Source: Candidatus Latescibacterota bacterium
GTDB taxonomy: Bacteria > Latescibacterota > UBA2968
DNA length: 64,000 nucleotides
Direction of reading: 5' to 3'
NCBI GenBank assembly: GCA_965222605.1
Contig: OZ244960.1
Span: 5,440,001-5,504,000, forward strand
Shown here: piece after piece, positions 1 to 9,118 of the stretch
Position numbering within the stretch: the stretch's first letter is position 1
Layout: each line of letters opens with the position of its first letter
Position numbers and translations under genes: made by a program
The notes under the pieces: model-generated
Seen by the model: the letters and a program-made list of their open reading frames with translations, nothing else
The model's database searches: none
What the model was told of the DNA's origin: nothing

Positions 1-1242
1 TTTTGATGTTTGTAGGGCTTCACACGCTTGTTTCCAGACAAGGTGTTCTGCCATCATCTTCTCAACTTTTTCAGGGGTGGTGGCGCGCAGATCGCGTTGT
101 TCTTCGGGATCAGTACTCAGATCGAACAGGCCGTCTGGTTTGCCGTCTGTGGCGTGGAGTTTTAGATTTCCCTCACGGACCGCGTCCTCTGTTCTATACG
201 TCCAGTGCATGGGGCGGTCCAGGCACTGCTCTTTGCCTTCGAAAAGAGGCCACACGTTTTGGGCGTCAATGACGCGATCGTCGGGCACAGTTGCACCGGC
301 GAGAGCGGCGAATGTCGCGTAGAGATCATAGTGTATCCAGGGCGTGTTGATTTTTGTATTTGGAGCGATTGTTCCCGACCAGACCGCGTTGCAGATGACC
401 CTGAGCGAACGCTCCCAGAGGGTTCGACCATAACCATTGGTCCGGCTGCCTCCCTGATCGCTCAGGAATACGATGAGCGTATTTTCCGCAATACCGGCAT
501 GGTGTACCGCATCCAGCACGCGCCCCACGCACAGGTCCAGGTATTCGACCATATATTGGTAGTTTACCATTGGATCGTCGCTGTGATAGTATCCGGGCGG
601 GGCCTGATAGGGACCGTGTGGGGCATAAAAGGCGAGATTCAGGTAGAAGGGCTCGGGCTTTTGGGATTGACGGTTGATAAATTTGATGGCTTCATCCGTA
701 AACAGGGTGTCGAAGTAGCCCTCGTGCGCTATGGGTTCCAGACCGCGAAAAAAGTGGCTCTTCATGTCGCGGTTGTAAAGGTGGGTGTAGTAGTCGGCAT
801 GGCCAGCGTTGCTCCCGTAAAATTCATGAAAGCCGTGGTGTAGCGGGTTGAATGTTGCAGCATATCCCAGGTTCCATTTTCCAAACAGCCCTGTTGTGTA
901 TCCGGCATTTCGCAAAAGTCTGGCTATAGAGACTTCCTCGAGCGAGAGTCCGGATTCCGGATTATCTGGACGGGTCTGTGAGTTGATGCCAACCCGATAC
1001 GGATGCCTGCCTGTGTTCCAGGCGCAACGCGCTGGTGAACACAGAGGGGTTGCGATCAGGCAGTTGTCGAAGACAACCCCTTCGCTCGCCATTGTGTTCA
1101 ATCTGGGAGTTTCGAATATCCCTTCGCCATAATAATCGACTGCTTCGCAACCGAGGTTGTCGGCGACCATGAAGATGATATTGGGATTGTTTTCCATCAA
1201 CACTTTCCCGGGATGAACAGGAGCCAATTTCTGAGCACACAT
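1..1242 (-). CDS. Sulfatase (formylglycine type), runs off the left edge
   Basis: Hand translation (absent from ORF track): ...MENNPNIIFMVADNLG...ETPRLNTMASEGVVFDN...LCSPARCAWNTGRHP; CxPxR motif. RBS AAGGAA precedes ATG 1242; alternative in-frame ATG at 1197. Confidence 0.9.
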   Translation of the reverse strand, partial: MCAQKLAPVHPGKVLMENNPNIIFMVADNLGCEAVDYYGEGIFETPRLNTMASEGVVFDNCLIATPLCSPARCAWNTGRHPYRVGINSQTRPDNPESGLSLEEVSIARLLRNAGYTTGLFGKWNLGYAATFNPLHHGFHEFYGSNAGHADYYTHLYNRDMKSHFFRGLEPIAHEGYFDTLFTDEAIKFINRQSQKPEPFYLNLAFYAPHGPYQAPPGYYHSDDPMVNYQYMVEYLDLCVGRVLDAVHHAGIAENTLIVFLSDQGGSRTNGYGRTLWERSLRVICNAVWSGTIAPNTKINTPWIHYDLYATFAALAGATVPDDRVIDAQNVWPLFEGKEQCLDRPMHWTYRTEDAVREGNLKLHATDGKPDGLFDLSTDPEEQRDLRATTPEKVEKMMAEHLVWKQACEALQTSK

Positions 1243-1443
1243 AGGTCTATTTCCTTTTAGAGTGCGTATGTCGTGTCGATCCACGAGTGAAGGATGTTGG
1301 TCTTGTGCTGTTCATACGCATGCGATGCCTGTATCGGCAGGGATGGTGCTTAACGTTCCTATTTTTTTGACAATTCGGCTTGCGAGACGTATTTTCGGCC
1401 ATAGACCTTGCTCTGCTTTTAACCGCCCAACCGAGGAGAAATC

Positions 1444-3060
1444 ATGTTGCGAGTCAGCGACCCCGACCTGATCGCCCACTGGCCGTTCCGGGAAAATCTG
1501 AAAGACCATTCCGAAAGTGGCCTGTCCATCCAAAATCACGGCGTTGAAATTGGGGAATCAGGCGGACAAAAAAGCGCCCAATTCAACGGGGCGGAAACCT
1601 TTCTGGAAGTTCCCTGCAACCTGTCTATAGGGACAGGCGATTTTTCATGCGCCGGATGGATCCACACGGAAGAAACCGAAGTGGTCGGCGACATCCTCAG
1701 CCAATTCGATCCGAAAACCCGCCAGGGGTGGCAGATCTCGGTCCTCACCCATACCGGAATGACCTCCACCGCCCAATCGAATTACCGCAACCTCCACTTC
1801 GGCATCGACAACGGGCATCTCGGGTCCTGGACCGATTGCGGCCGTCCCGGTCAGGCAGTCAAAATATCTGCACTTTCAACACTGGGGGGACACCTGTACG
1901 CCGGCACCTTCGAGAACGGCAAAGAAGAGGTCGGCCACCTGTGGCGCTACGAAGGGGAAAAACGCTGGACCGACCTGGGCAATCCAGTCGGATGCAACAC
2001 TGTCAACGCCGTCGTCGAATTTAAAGGCGCGCTCTACTGCGCCCTCGGCCGGTATAATTGCAACGGCTCCGCCCTGGGCGATCCCCTGAACACCACACCC
2101 GGCGGCCAGGTCTATCGAGTCGATGCCGACGGCCAATGGACCTTCTGCGGGCATCCAGGCATCGAAGACGCCACACCCGAAGAGACACCTACCACGGGAC
2201 ATGACACGGGCAAAGCCGACAACGCCACCGCCCTCACAGTCTACCAGGGTCGGCTCTACGCCACCAGCCTCTATCGCGAGGGCGCCTTTGTCTATGATGG
2301 CGGCACCACCTGGACGCCCATAGGTCCAGACGTGCGGCTGATGAGTTTCACCATCTATCGGGACCGGCTCTACACCCTCGTCAACGGCGGCCCGGTTCTT
2401 CGCTACGAAGGCAGCACCGAATGGACCGACTGCGGCTGTCCCGAAACCTCCACCCAGACCTACTCGGCGGTCACTTTCAAGGGCCAGCTCTATGTCGGCA
2501 CCTGGCCTCAGGGCGAAGTCTATCGATATGACGGCGACACGACCTGGACCTGTCTGGGCCGGGCCGGGTACGAACGCGAAATCATGGCCATGGGACTTTA
2601 CAACGGCAAAGTCTATATCGGCTCGCTCCCAATGGCCAACGTCTGGCGGATGGACGGCAATCAGTTCACATTCCTGGAGTCTCTGGACCGCACGCCCGCG
2701 CCCCTGCGGCGGGTCTGGTCCATGGCCGTTTATCAGGGCCGCCTCTATGCCGGCACCCTGCCGTCCGGACATGTCTATTCAGTCGAAGCCGGCAAAGTCG
2801 CCACCTGGGACCACACATTTCCCGAAGGATGGCGACACGTAGCCGCAGTCAAGCAAGGCGGCGTTCTGACCCTGTACGTCGATGGAACCCCTGTCGCTAC
2901 AACAGACAGCTTCAATCCAAAACGCTACGACCTCAACCCCAACTGTCCCCTCTTAATCGGCTTTGGTGCCCACGACTATTTCAAAGGTGCCCTGCGAGAC
3001 ATCCGTATCTATCGCCGGGGCCTCACACAACAGGAAATCCAAAACCTTGCCAGGGACTGA
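1444..3060 (+). CDS. LamG-like jellyroll protein with inserted beta-propeller
   Basis: LamG N-half (LIAHWPF..GDFSCAGWI) and C-half (WRHVAAV..LYVDG..FKGALRDIRIY) flank repeated 'G.LY.GT..G.VYRY.G..W' blades; GAGGAG RBS. Confidence 0.75.
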   Translation: MLRVSDPDLIAHWPFRENLKDHSESGLSIQNHGVEIGESGGQKSAQFNGAETFLEVPCNLSIGTGDFSCAGWIHTEETEVVGDILSQFDPKTRQGWQISVLTHTGMTSTAQSNYRNLHFGIDNGHLGSWTDCGRPGQAVKISALSTLGGHLYAGTFENGKEEVGHLWRYEGEKRWTDLGNPVGCNTVNAVVEFKGALYCALGRYNCNGSALGDPLNTTPGGQVYRVDADGQWTFCGHPGIEDATPEETPTTGHDTGKADNATALTVYQGRLYATSLYREGAFVYDGGTTWTPIGPDVRLMSFTIYRDRLYTLVNGGPVLRYEGSTEWTDCGCPETSTQTYSAVTFKGQLYVGTWPQGEVYRYDGDTTWTCLGRAGYEREIMAMGLYNGKVYIGSLPMANVWRMDGNQFTFLESLDRTPAPLRRVWSMAVYQGRLYAGTLPSGHVYSVEAGKVATWDHTFPEGWRHVAAVKQGGVLTLYVDGTPVATTDSFNPKRYDLNPNCPLLIGFGAHDYFKGALRDIRIYRRGLTQQEIQNLARD

Positions 3061-3089
3061 CCTGGACCTCTATGGGTGTCAGACAGGTT

Positions 3090-4505
3090 CTAAGGCTCGG
3101 GGTGGCTCGCATAGGCCAGTTCGCGCAGTACATCGACCGCGAGGAGAACATCCTCCCTGCGGCAGTCGAATTGCCCGACCTGGAAGCGAATGACGAACTG
3201 TCCTTCATGGATCGTCTGCGTCAGGTAGATTCGGCCGTCATCATTGACCGCGCGGAGCAGGCGTTCGGTGGCGTCGTTGGCGTTCTCACCGTCGGGGGCG
3301 TACTGGAACGTGAAGAGCGAAAGATGGCAGTCCGTTGTCAGGCGAAAGCCGTCCAGCAATGTGATCGCGGCGGCGGCCTCCTCAGCCCAGGCAATATGGT
3401 TCCGGATGCGTTGTCGGAGGTCTTTGAGACCGTGGGCACGGAGCAGGAACCAGAGCTTGAGGGCTCGGAATCGGCGCCCCAGGGGGATCGTCCACTCGCT
3501 GTAATTGGTGATCTCGGTTTGGCCGAGGGTCTGGAGGTAATCCGGACGGATACCGAGGGTGCGAACCTGTGCTTCCGGGTCCGCAAGAAACTGGATCGAG
3601 CAGTCGAACTGCGCACCGAGCCACTTGTGGGGATTGAAGGCGATGCTGTCAGTTCCCTCGACACCCTCCCACAACTCCCGTAGCTCAGGACAGATCATCG
3701 CGGAACCGGCCCACGCGGCGTCGATGTGGACGTAGAGATCATGCTCTCGTGCCACTTCGATGGTCTGGTGCACATGGTCGGACGCACCAATTGACGTGCC
3801 TCCAACACAGAGGACGACACCGGCCGGAAGAAAACCCGCGGCACGATCAGCGTTGATCGCCCGGCGGAGCGCCTCCGGGTCAAGTGCCCAGGAACCATCA
3901 GTCGGGACTTTGACCAGATTCCGTTGGCCGATACCGGCGATGCGAATCGCCTTGTCAACCGACGAGTGGGTCTCCGGCGAGGCGTAGATCCGGAGTTGTT
4001 TCTCTCCCGCTATTCCAGAATCGATTCCTCGCCAGCCGAGTGTGCGCTCGCGCATCGTTAGTACAGCACAGACATTTGCCGACGTTGCCGTATCCTGGAT
4101 AACCCCCTGGAATCCTTCTGGTAGCCCGAGTGCCTGGCGCATCCAGTCGACCATCCGAGTCTCAATTTCCGTAGCTGCGGGTGAGGTCTGCCAGAGCATG
4201 CACTGGGCCGCCATGACCGCCGTCAAATTCTCGGCGATCATCGAAGCCGGCGCAGCGTTGGCGCTGAAGTACGCAAAAAAGCACCGGTGTTGCCAATGCG
4301 TCATGCCGTCCGGCACAATGCGCTCGAAGTCGGCGAAGATCGTCTCCATGCCTACCGGTTCTTCTGGTGGCGATAGAGGCAGCATCGCAGCGATCTCGCC
4401 CGGTGCGGTCTGCGCCCGAACGGGCCGCTCTTCAAGCGTGGCCAGGTATTCGGATCCCCACCGTGCAGCTCGTTCAGCCCATTGAAAGTAGTCTTCTCGT
4501 TTCAA
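3090..4505 (-). CDS. PLP-dependent aromatic-L-amino-acid decarboxylase family
   Basis: THWQH..FFAYF, SPAATEIE, HIDAAWAG, FNPHKW (PLP Lys), LGRRFRALKLW. Upstream ATG 4539 is put out of frame by a 16-bp duplication. Confidence 0.9.
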   Translation of the reverse strand: MKREDYFQWAERAARWGSEYLATLEERPVRAQTAPGEIAAMLPLSPPEEPVGMETIFADFERIVPDGMTHWQHRCFFAYFSANAAPASMIAENLTAVMAAQCMLWQTSPAATEIETRMVDWMRQALGLPEGFQGVIQDTATSANVCAVLTMRERTLGWRGIDSGIAGEKQLRIYASPETHSSVDKAIRIAGIGQRNLVKVPTDGSWALDPEALRRAINADRAAGFLPAGVVLCVGGTSIGASDHVHQTIEVAREHDLYVHIDAAWAGSAMICPELRELWEGVEGTDSIAFNPHKWLGAQFDCSIQFLADPEAQVRTLGIRPDYLQTLGQTEITNYSEWTIPLGRRFRALKLWFLLRAHGLKDLRQRIRNHIAWAEEAAAAITLLDGFRLTTDCHLSLFTFQYAPDGENANDATERLLRAVNDDGRIYLTQTIHEGQFVIRFQVGQFDCRREDVLLAVDVLRELAYASHPEP

Positions 4506-4532
4506 TTTAAGGTTTTTTCAATTTAAGGTTTT
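4501..4532. repeat. Perfect 16-bp tandem duplication
   Basis: TTCAATTTAAGGTTTT x2. Confidence 0.95.
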
Positions 4533-4568
4533 GGGGCATCGCGTCCGGTTTTTTAGAAATCCAGTTCT

Positions 4569-5546
4569 TCAAAGGTAGTCGCTGATGTCCATTTCTGGAT
4601 ACGCGTTTTTTATCAGTTCAACGGAGATGGGGGTGTACATTGCGTCACCGGGTTTTGGCCAGCCGAAGAGACTTCGAACCCTTGATGTCGTTTTTGCCAA
4701 AAAGGGTTTCAAGCGCCGACTCACTCCAGCTTCCCTTTTTGCTGTCGATGTCCATGCCATGGTGTCTCTGCGTCCTATCGAGAAGAAAATAACCGCACGC
4801 TGTCTGTCCTTGTCTGCAAAAGGTTGTGCTGCGTGTGGCGTGTGTGAACTATAGAATAGAACGCTGCCAGCTTTCCCAGTGATTGAGACGGGTTCCTGCG
4901 CGTGAAGAATTTTGCGGATATCGGCAAAGCGGTAAGAGTGAGGCACCTTGCGGATGTCGCCAAAGCCCAAGCCGTGGTCCTCAATCACGCGCAAGATATC
5001 GCCCATTTTGTCGTGTACTCTTGGGACCAACCGAACAGGCGCACAATCTTCATCAATATCGTCCAGAAAGACCCAGGCCTGAATATGACCATACCGCTGC
5101 CAATCTGGGTGAGGAGGAATAAAGGGTTTGGCCCAATCCAGGTGAAACTCGGTTTCTGGCTTCGTTGGGGTCCGTCTATCTATTCTGCCGTTTCGGACAT
5201 AGACGTAACCATGGTGGTAGTGTATATCAGGCGTATCCAGAACCTGTTCCAGAGCATCCAGAAAAGGATCGTGTTCCAGGATCTGGTCAATGGATTCTAC
5301 ACCTGTTGGAATGTCACCGAACTGCGATCTGGGGCCGCCAAACCCGAGACCTCCTCCGGGTAGGCGCAGCTTCTCCTCAAGGTCAGGATTGGCCTTCATT
5401 TCGGCAATGAACTCGGGAAAAGACTTTCCATAAGCGTTTTCTTCCACGGCCTCAAGCACCGCTGACAATTGGCTGGTCGAGAACAGATCCGGGACTAAGA
5501 GATAGCCCTCTTGTTGAAAAAATTCATACTGTTGTGGCGTCAGCAT
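4569..5546 (-). CDS. Phytanoyl-CoA dioxygenase (PhyH) family
   Basis: MLTPQQYEFFQQEGYL start after AAGGAG; HxD (FHLDW) and distal His (TPHAA). Confidence 0.85.
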   Translation of the reverse strand: MLTPQQYEFFQQEGYLLVPDLFSTSQLSAVLEAVEENAYGKSFPEFIAEMKANPDLEEKLRLPGGGLGFGGPRSQFGDIPTGVESIDQILEHDPFLDALEQVLDTPDIHYHHGYVYVRNGRIDRRTPTKPETEFHLDWAKPFIPPHPDWQRYGHIQAWVFLDDIDEDCAPVRLVPRVHDKMGDILRVIEDHGLGFGDIRKVPHSYRFADIRKILHAQEPVSITGKAGSVLFYSSHTPHAAQPFADKDRQRAVIFFSIGRRDTMAWTSTAKREAGVSRRLKPFLAKTTSRVRSLFGWPKPGDAMYTPISVELIKNAYPEMDISDYL

Positions 5547-5580
5547 TTTCGATCTCCTTTCATAAAATGAGCTATATCGC

Positions 5581-6468
5581 CTAAATTTCATCGTCATCCA
5601 GAGTGCGCTGTCCTTCAAACGGTCCCCATTGAATACGCTCTCTGGTTTTTTTATCACTCTTGTAAATCTCCGGATCATAATCCGGGTTTACCTTCGGAAA
5701 TCGAGCCCCGACCTGTTCAAAATAGCCCATCATCTCATCGTAGAGTTTCTGGTGTGTTTCCGGATTCTGCTTTGCAATATTGGTAACCTCGCCAATGTCG
5801 CCAGAAAGGTCGAACAACATCGGAATATTCGGTCGTTCGTAAAAATGGATCACCTTGGACGAACCAGAAATAATGACCGAATGTGGCACAGATCTCCGAT
5901 AATGAGGATAATGAAAATAAAGATAGCGATTCAGAAAGCCCCTGTTAGGCTCTTTTCCAGCCATGTAATCCGCGAGGCTGACACCGTCAATGTTCTGCAA
6001 TTCTTCCGAGTCGCCACCAGCCCAATCAACGAAGGTGGGTAAGAAATCATAGTTGATCACATTGCCGGTAAAAACTGAGCTCGGTTTATCAAAATCCACA
6101 TCCTGCCACTTATTTTTATAGTGCGGATAAATATCGACGCCGATGCGATAGACATCGTCCAGTGCCACCTCGGGATAGTCCTCCAGCTTGATAATGGAAG
6201 GAAAGGGATGACAGGCTCAGCACATTGTAGCGATAGCGCGCCAGGTCATCGAGATAGGCTTTCCAGAAATCAAAATCCCAGACCGTTTCAATATTGTTCT
6301 GCGCCGAATCTCCCGCCCCGCCTCTTTTAATGCCTCGTTTAGTTCCTGCGCCGCGAACACCAACTGCGGGATCTTTGCATCATATTCGACCGAAGCCGCG
6401 AGACGACCCGGTAAAAGAATGCCCAAAACGAGTAACCAATAGAGAAATGAACGAGGTCTCTTTTTCAT
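5581..6468 (-). pseudogene. Chimeric relic: fragments of a secreted carbohydrate-active-like protein joined to a sulfatase C-terminus
   Basis: Signal peptide MKKRPRSFLYWLLVLG...; frameshifted [33 protein letters not shown] / [20 protein letters not shown]; then in frame [28 protein letters not shown] (sulfatase tail). Confidence 0.75.
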
Positions 6469-6527
6469 TGTCTTAATCCTCTAATTTCAACGGATACAAC
6501 TCCAGGATCCCCTCATTAAAATAGACA

Positions 6528-7802
6528 TCAGCTCGTCTTCAATTCATCAACATTATCCCGCAATTTTTGGAACGCTTCGAGAATGAGGTCCATGTTTTCG
6601 CGCGGTCCGAGAAGAATGCGGTGCGTGAGATCAAGGGCTTCGGTTTCGTGAATGCGCTCGGCTTCGGGACAATAGACTTTGGTGTAGTCGATGGGATCAG
6701 CCTGGTACAACGGGCAGCGGATTGGACAGCCTGTTTCGCCCCATTTGCCGCTGGCAAACATGCTAAATTGATAGAGGGGCTTTGTCGGGCCAATGCCACA
6801 GGGCACGCCTTCGGCCTGGAGCGCTTTGCGGAATCGGTCGCGGTGGATGCCTTCAAATTCTTCGGAGATAAATTTGAAGTGCCAGCGATAGGGGTTCCAG
6901 CGGGTGACGCGCTCGTCAATGTCGAGACCAGTGAGTCCGGGAATAGATTCCATTCCTTTGTGGAAATACTTGAGATTTTTCCACCGAATTTCTGCCTGTT
7001 CTTCGAGGCGGGTGAGTGCGATCAGGCCGATGGCCGCTTCAAATTCGCCCAGTCTTAAGGTTGTGGCAGGCCAGGTGAAGTTCAGACTTTCTTCGCCTCT
7101 GTCTCGGCCTGCGTGATGATACCGAAAGGCTTTTTCGTACAGGCTTTCGTCTTTGGTCATCACCACGCCGCCTTCGCCTATGGCGAGTACCTTGCCGGGC
7201 ATGCAGGAGAAACCAGCAATGTCGGCGTGAGATCCCACGCCTTTGCCTCTCCATTGCCCGCCGTGCGCATGAGAACAGTCACTGACCAGGCCGATGTTGT
7301 GTTTGCGGCAGATGTCACCTAAAGCATCTGTATCGCAGGGCATGCCGCCCATATCTACGGCAACCACTGCCCGAGTGCGCGGCGTGATGAGGGCTTCTAC
7401 GCTTTTGGGATCGATGGTGTAGTTGCGCGGGTCGATGTCGGCAAAGATGGGAATGCCATTGCAAATCATGACGCAGGAAGCAGACGCAATGTAAGTTGAC
7501 GCAGGGACAATGACTTCACAGCCAGCTTCGACGCCGAGGGCTCGCAAGCAGGTTTCGAGTGCTGTGGTGCCTGTGGAGACAGCAAGGGCGTATTTGCTGT
7601 CGTGAAATTCTGCAAAGGCCTGTTCAAATGCGTAGAGTTTGCTGTCGCCATGGTTGTAATAGTCAAAGCCACTGCGCCCCCATTTGTGACTGCGAAGGAC
7701 GTCGATAACAGCTTTTTCTTCGCGTTCATCGTGAACCGGCCAGGGTTGGCGCAGGTCTTTAGTAACCGTTTTTGAACCACCGTTGATTGCGAGTTTAGGC
7801 AT
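6528..7802 (-). CDS. DegT/DnrJ/EryC1/StrS aminotransferase
   Basis: LAINGG, AVSTGTTAL, DCSHAHG, FSCMPGKVLAIGEGG (PLP Lys). Confidence 0.9.
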   Translation of the reverse strand: MPKLAINGGSKTVTKDLRQPWPVHDEREEKAVIDVLRSHKWGRSGFDYYNHGDSKLYAFEQAFAEFHDSKYALAVSTGTTALETCLRALGVEAGCEVIVPASTYIASASCVMICNGIPIFADIDPRNYTIDPKSVEALITPRTRAVVAVDMGGMPCDTDALGDICRKHNIGLVSDCSHAHGGQWRGKGVGSHADIAGFSCMPGKVLAIGEGGVVMTKDESLYEKAFRYHHAGRDRGEESLNFTWPATTLRLGEFEAAIGLIALTRLEEQAEIRWKNLKYFHKGMESIPGLTGLDIDERVTRWNPYRWHFKFISEEFEGIHRDRFRKALQAEGVPCGIGPTKPLYQFSMFASGKWGETGCPIRCPLYQADPIDYTKVYCPEAERIHETEALDLTHRILLGPRENMDLILEAFQKLRDNVDELKTS

Positions 7803-7840
7803 TGAAGCGCTCCTTGCGGGATGAATATTTGCAGGTTTTT

Positions 7841-9058
7841 TTATTGATCGTGCAGTTTTGTGAGTAAGGTTTGTGTTTCGTCAATCCAGCGTTCACCTGT
7901 GCCGGGAACAACGCAGGCGCGGTTGTATTCGAGTGGGTCGTTTGGGTAGGGGGTAACGCCGTAGCCACCGAAGTTATACGCGCGGCGATTTGGTACATAG
8001 CCACATGAACCTTGGGAATAGCCCATGACAATCGTGCGCGCAAAGGGCGATGACGATTGGGTGGATAGAGATAGCTCGATGAAGGGTTCACCCTGCCAGA
8101 AGACGAGTGCCAGGTCGTCGCTTATGCGGATGGTGGGGATTTCGATTCGGATGGTTTTTTCGTTTGTGTATCGGTTGGGAAGTGTGTCTTGCCAGCGCTC
8201 TACTTTAAGTGAAAGATTTGTTTCTGGCGTTGCTTGTATCCAGGCAACGATGGCTTCTCTGGCGAGCGCTTTGCCCATTTCTTCGACCGTATCATAATTG
8301 TCTCTGGGTTCCTGAATCGGAAGTATGTTGCCACATGCCCCTTGTAGAAATATTGAGAAAGGTACAGGTGTGCCTGCTTCAAAGTGGTGACGGGTTGCGC
8401 CGGGATATTCGGCGGTGAAGAGACGATTAGCGGTCATCATGATGACGGGATGAGCGGTAAAGTGGATTGCGGTCGTGATGGGTTGGCCATTGGGTGTGTC
8501 GAATCGCAGGACAGTGACTGCAGGGTCAACAGGGCCGTTGGGCAGTTTTTCAGGATTGCGGTTAAACGATTTAAAGCTTCCGTCGGGCAATATCTGGCGT
8601 CTGTTGTAGGCGAGGTCGGTGTTGACAGAGCCTGTTGAGAGTGTGGCGGGTTTAAGATTGGTTATAGACTCGACAGCAGCATCGACAACCTGCTTTCTTA
8701 TGTGAACAATCGCATCATCTTCGGGGCTCCCGCCAAAGTAATAGATGCATTCTGGGCCACTGTGATTGTGGGTGCCACACAGGATCAGGTTTTCGGGTGG
8801 AAGATCGGATTGTGCGGCAAAAGCATTGCGCATGGCATCCACGTCGATCCACTGAAAGCTCAGGAGATCTGCCGAGCAAATGACGATAGTGGTCGTATCG
8901 TCAGATAGTGCCAGCGCTTTGACGTATAATGGGTCATGGATACCTTCTGCAATGCGAGGTTGCATGGGCGAGCGGTTTACAGGAAAAGCACCCATAGCCG
9001 ATCCTGTAGATGGTGTGATGTCTCGTTGTGCTGTACCAATCTTTATTATATCTGCCAA
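7841..9058 (-). CDS. Neutral/alkaline ceramidase-like amidohydrolase
   Basis: DITP..HDPLYVKAL, THNHSGP, NRR, FTAHP, FLQGACGN, GEPF..GYVP. Confidence 0.8.
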   Translation of the reverse strand: MADIIKIGTAQRDITPSTGSAMGAFPVNRSPMQPRIAEGIHDPLYVKALALSDDTTTIVICSADLLSFQWIDVDAMRNAFAAQSDLPPENLILCGTHNHSGPECIYYFGGSPEDDAIVHIRKQVVDAAVESITNLKPATLSTGSVNTDLAYNRRQILPDGSFKSFNRNPEKLPNGPVDPAVTVLRFDTPNGQPITTAIHFTAHPVIMMTANRLFTAEYPGATRHHFEAGTPVPFSIFLQGACGNILPIQEPRDNYDTVEEMGKALAREAIVAWIQATPETNLSLKVERWQDTLPNRYTNEKTIRIEIPTIRISDDLALVFWQGEPFIELSLSTQSSSPFARTIVMGYSQGSCGYVPNRRAYNFGGYGVTPYPNDPLEYNRACVVPGTGERWIDETQTLLTKLHDQ

Positions 9059-9118
9059 GGCTCAGATCTCCTGTGCGGGCATAGGGGTCACTTCATCTTT
9101 CTCCTATTGAAACTCTAT

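Noticed and set aside
205-843. 212-aa plus-strand ORF
   Set aside because: Antisense to the sulfatase.
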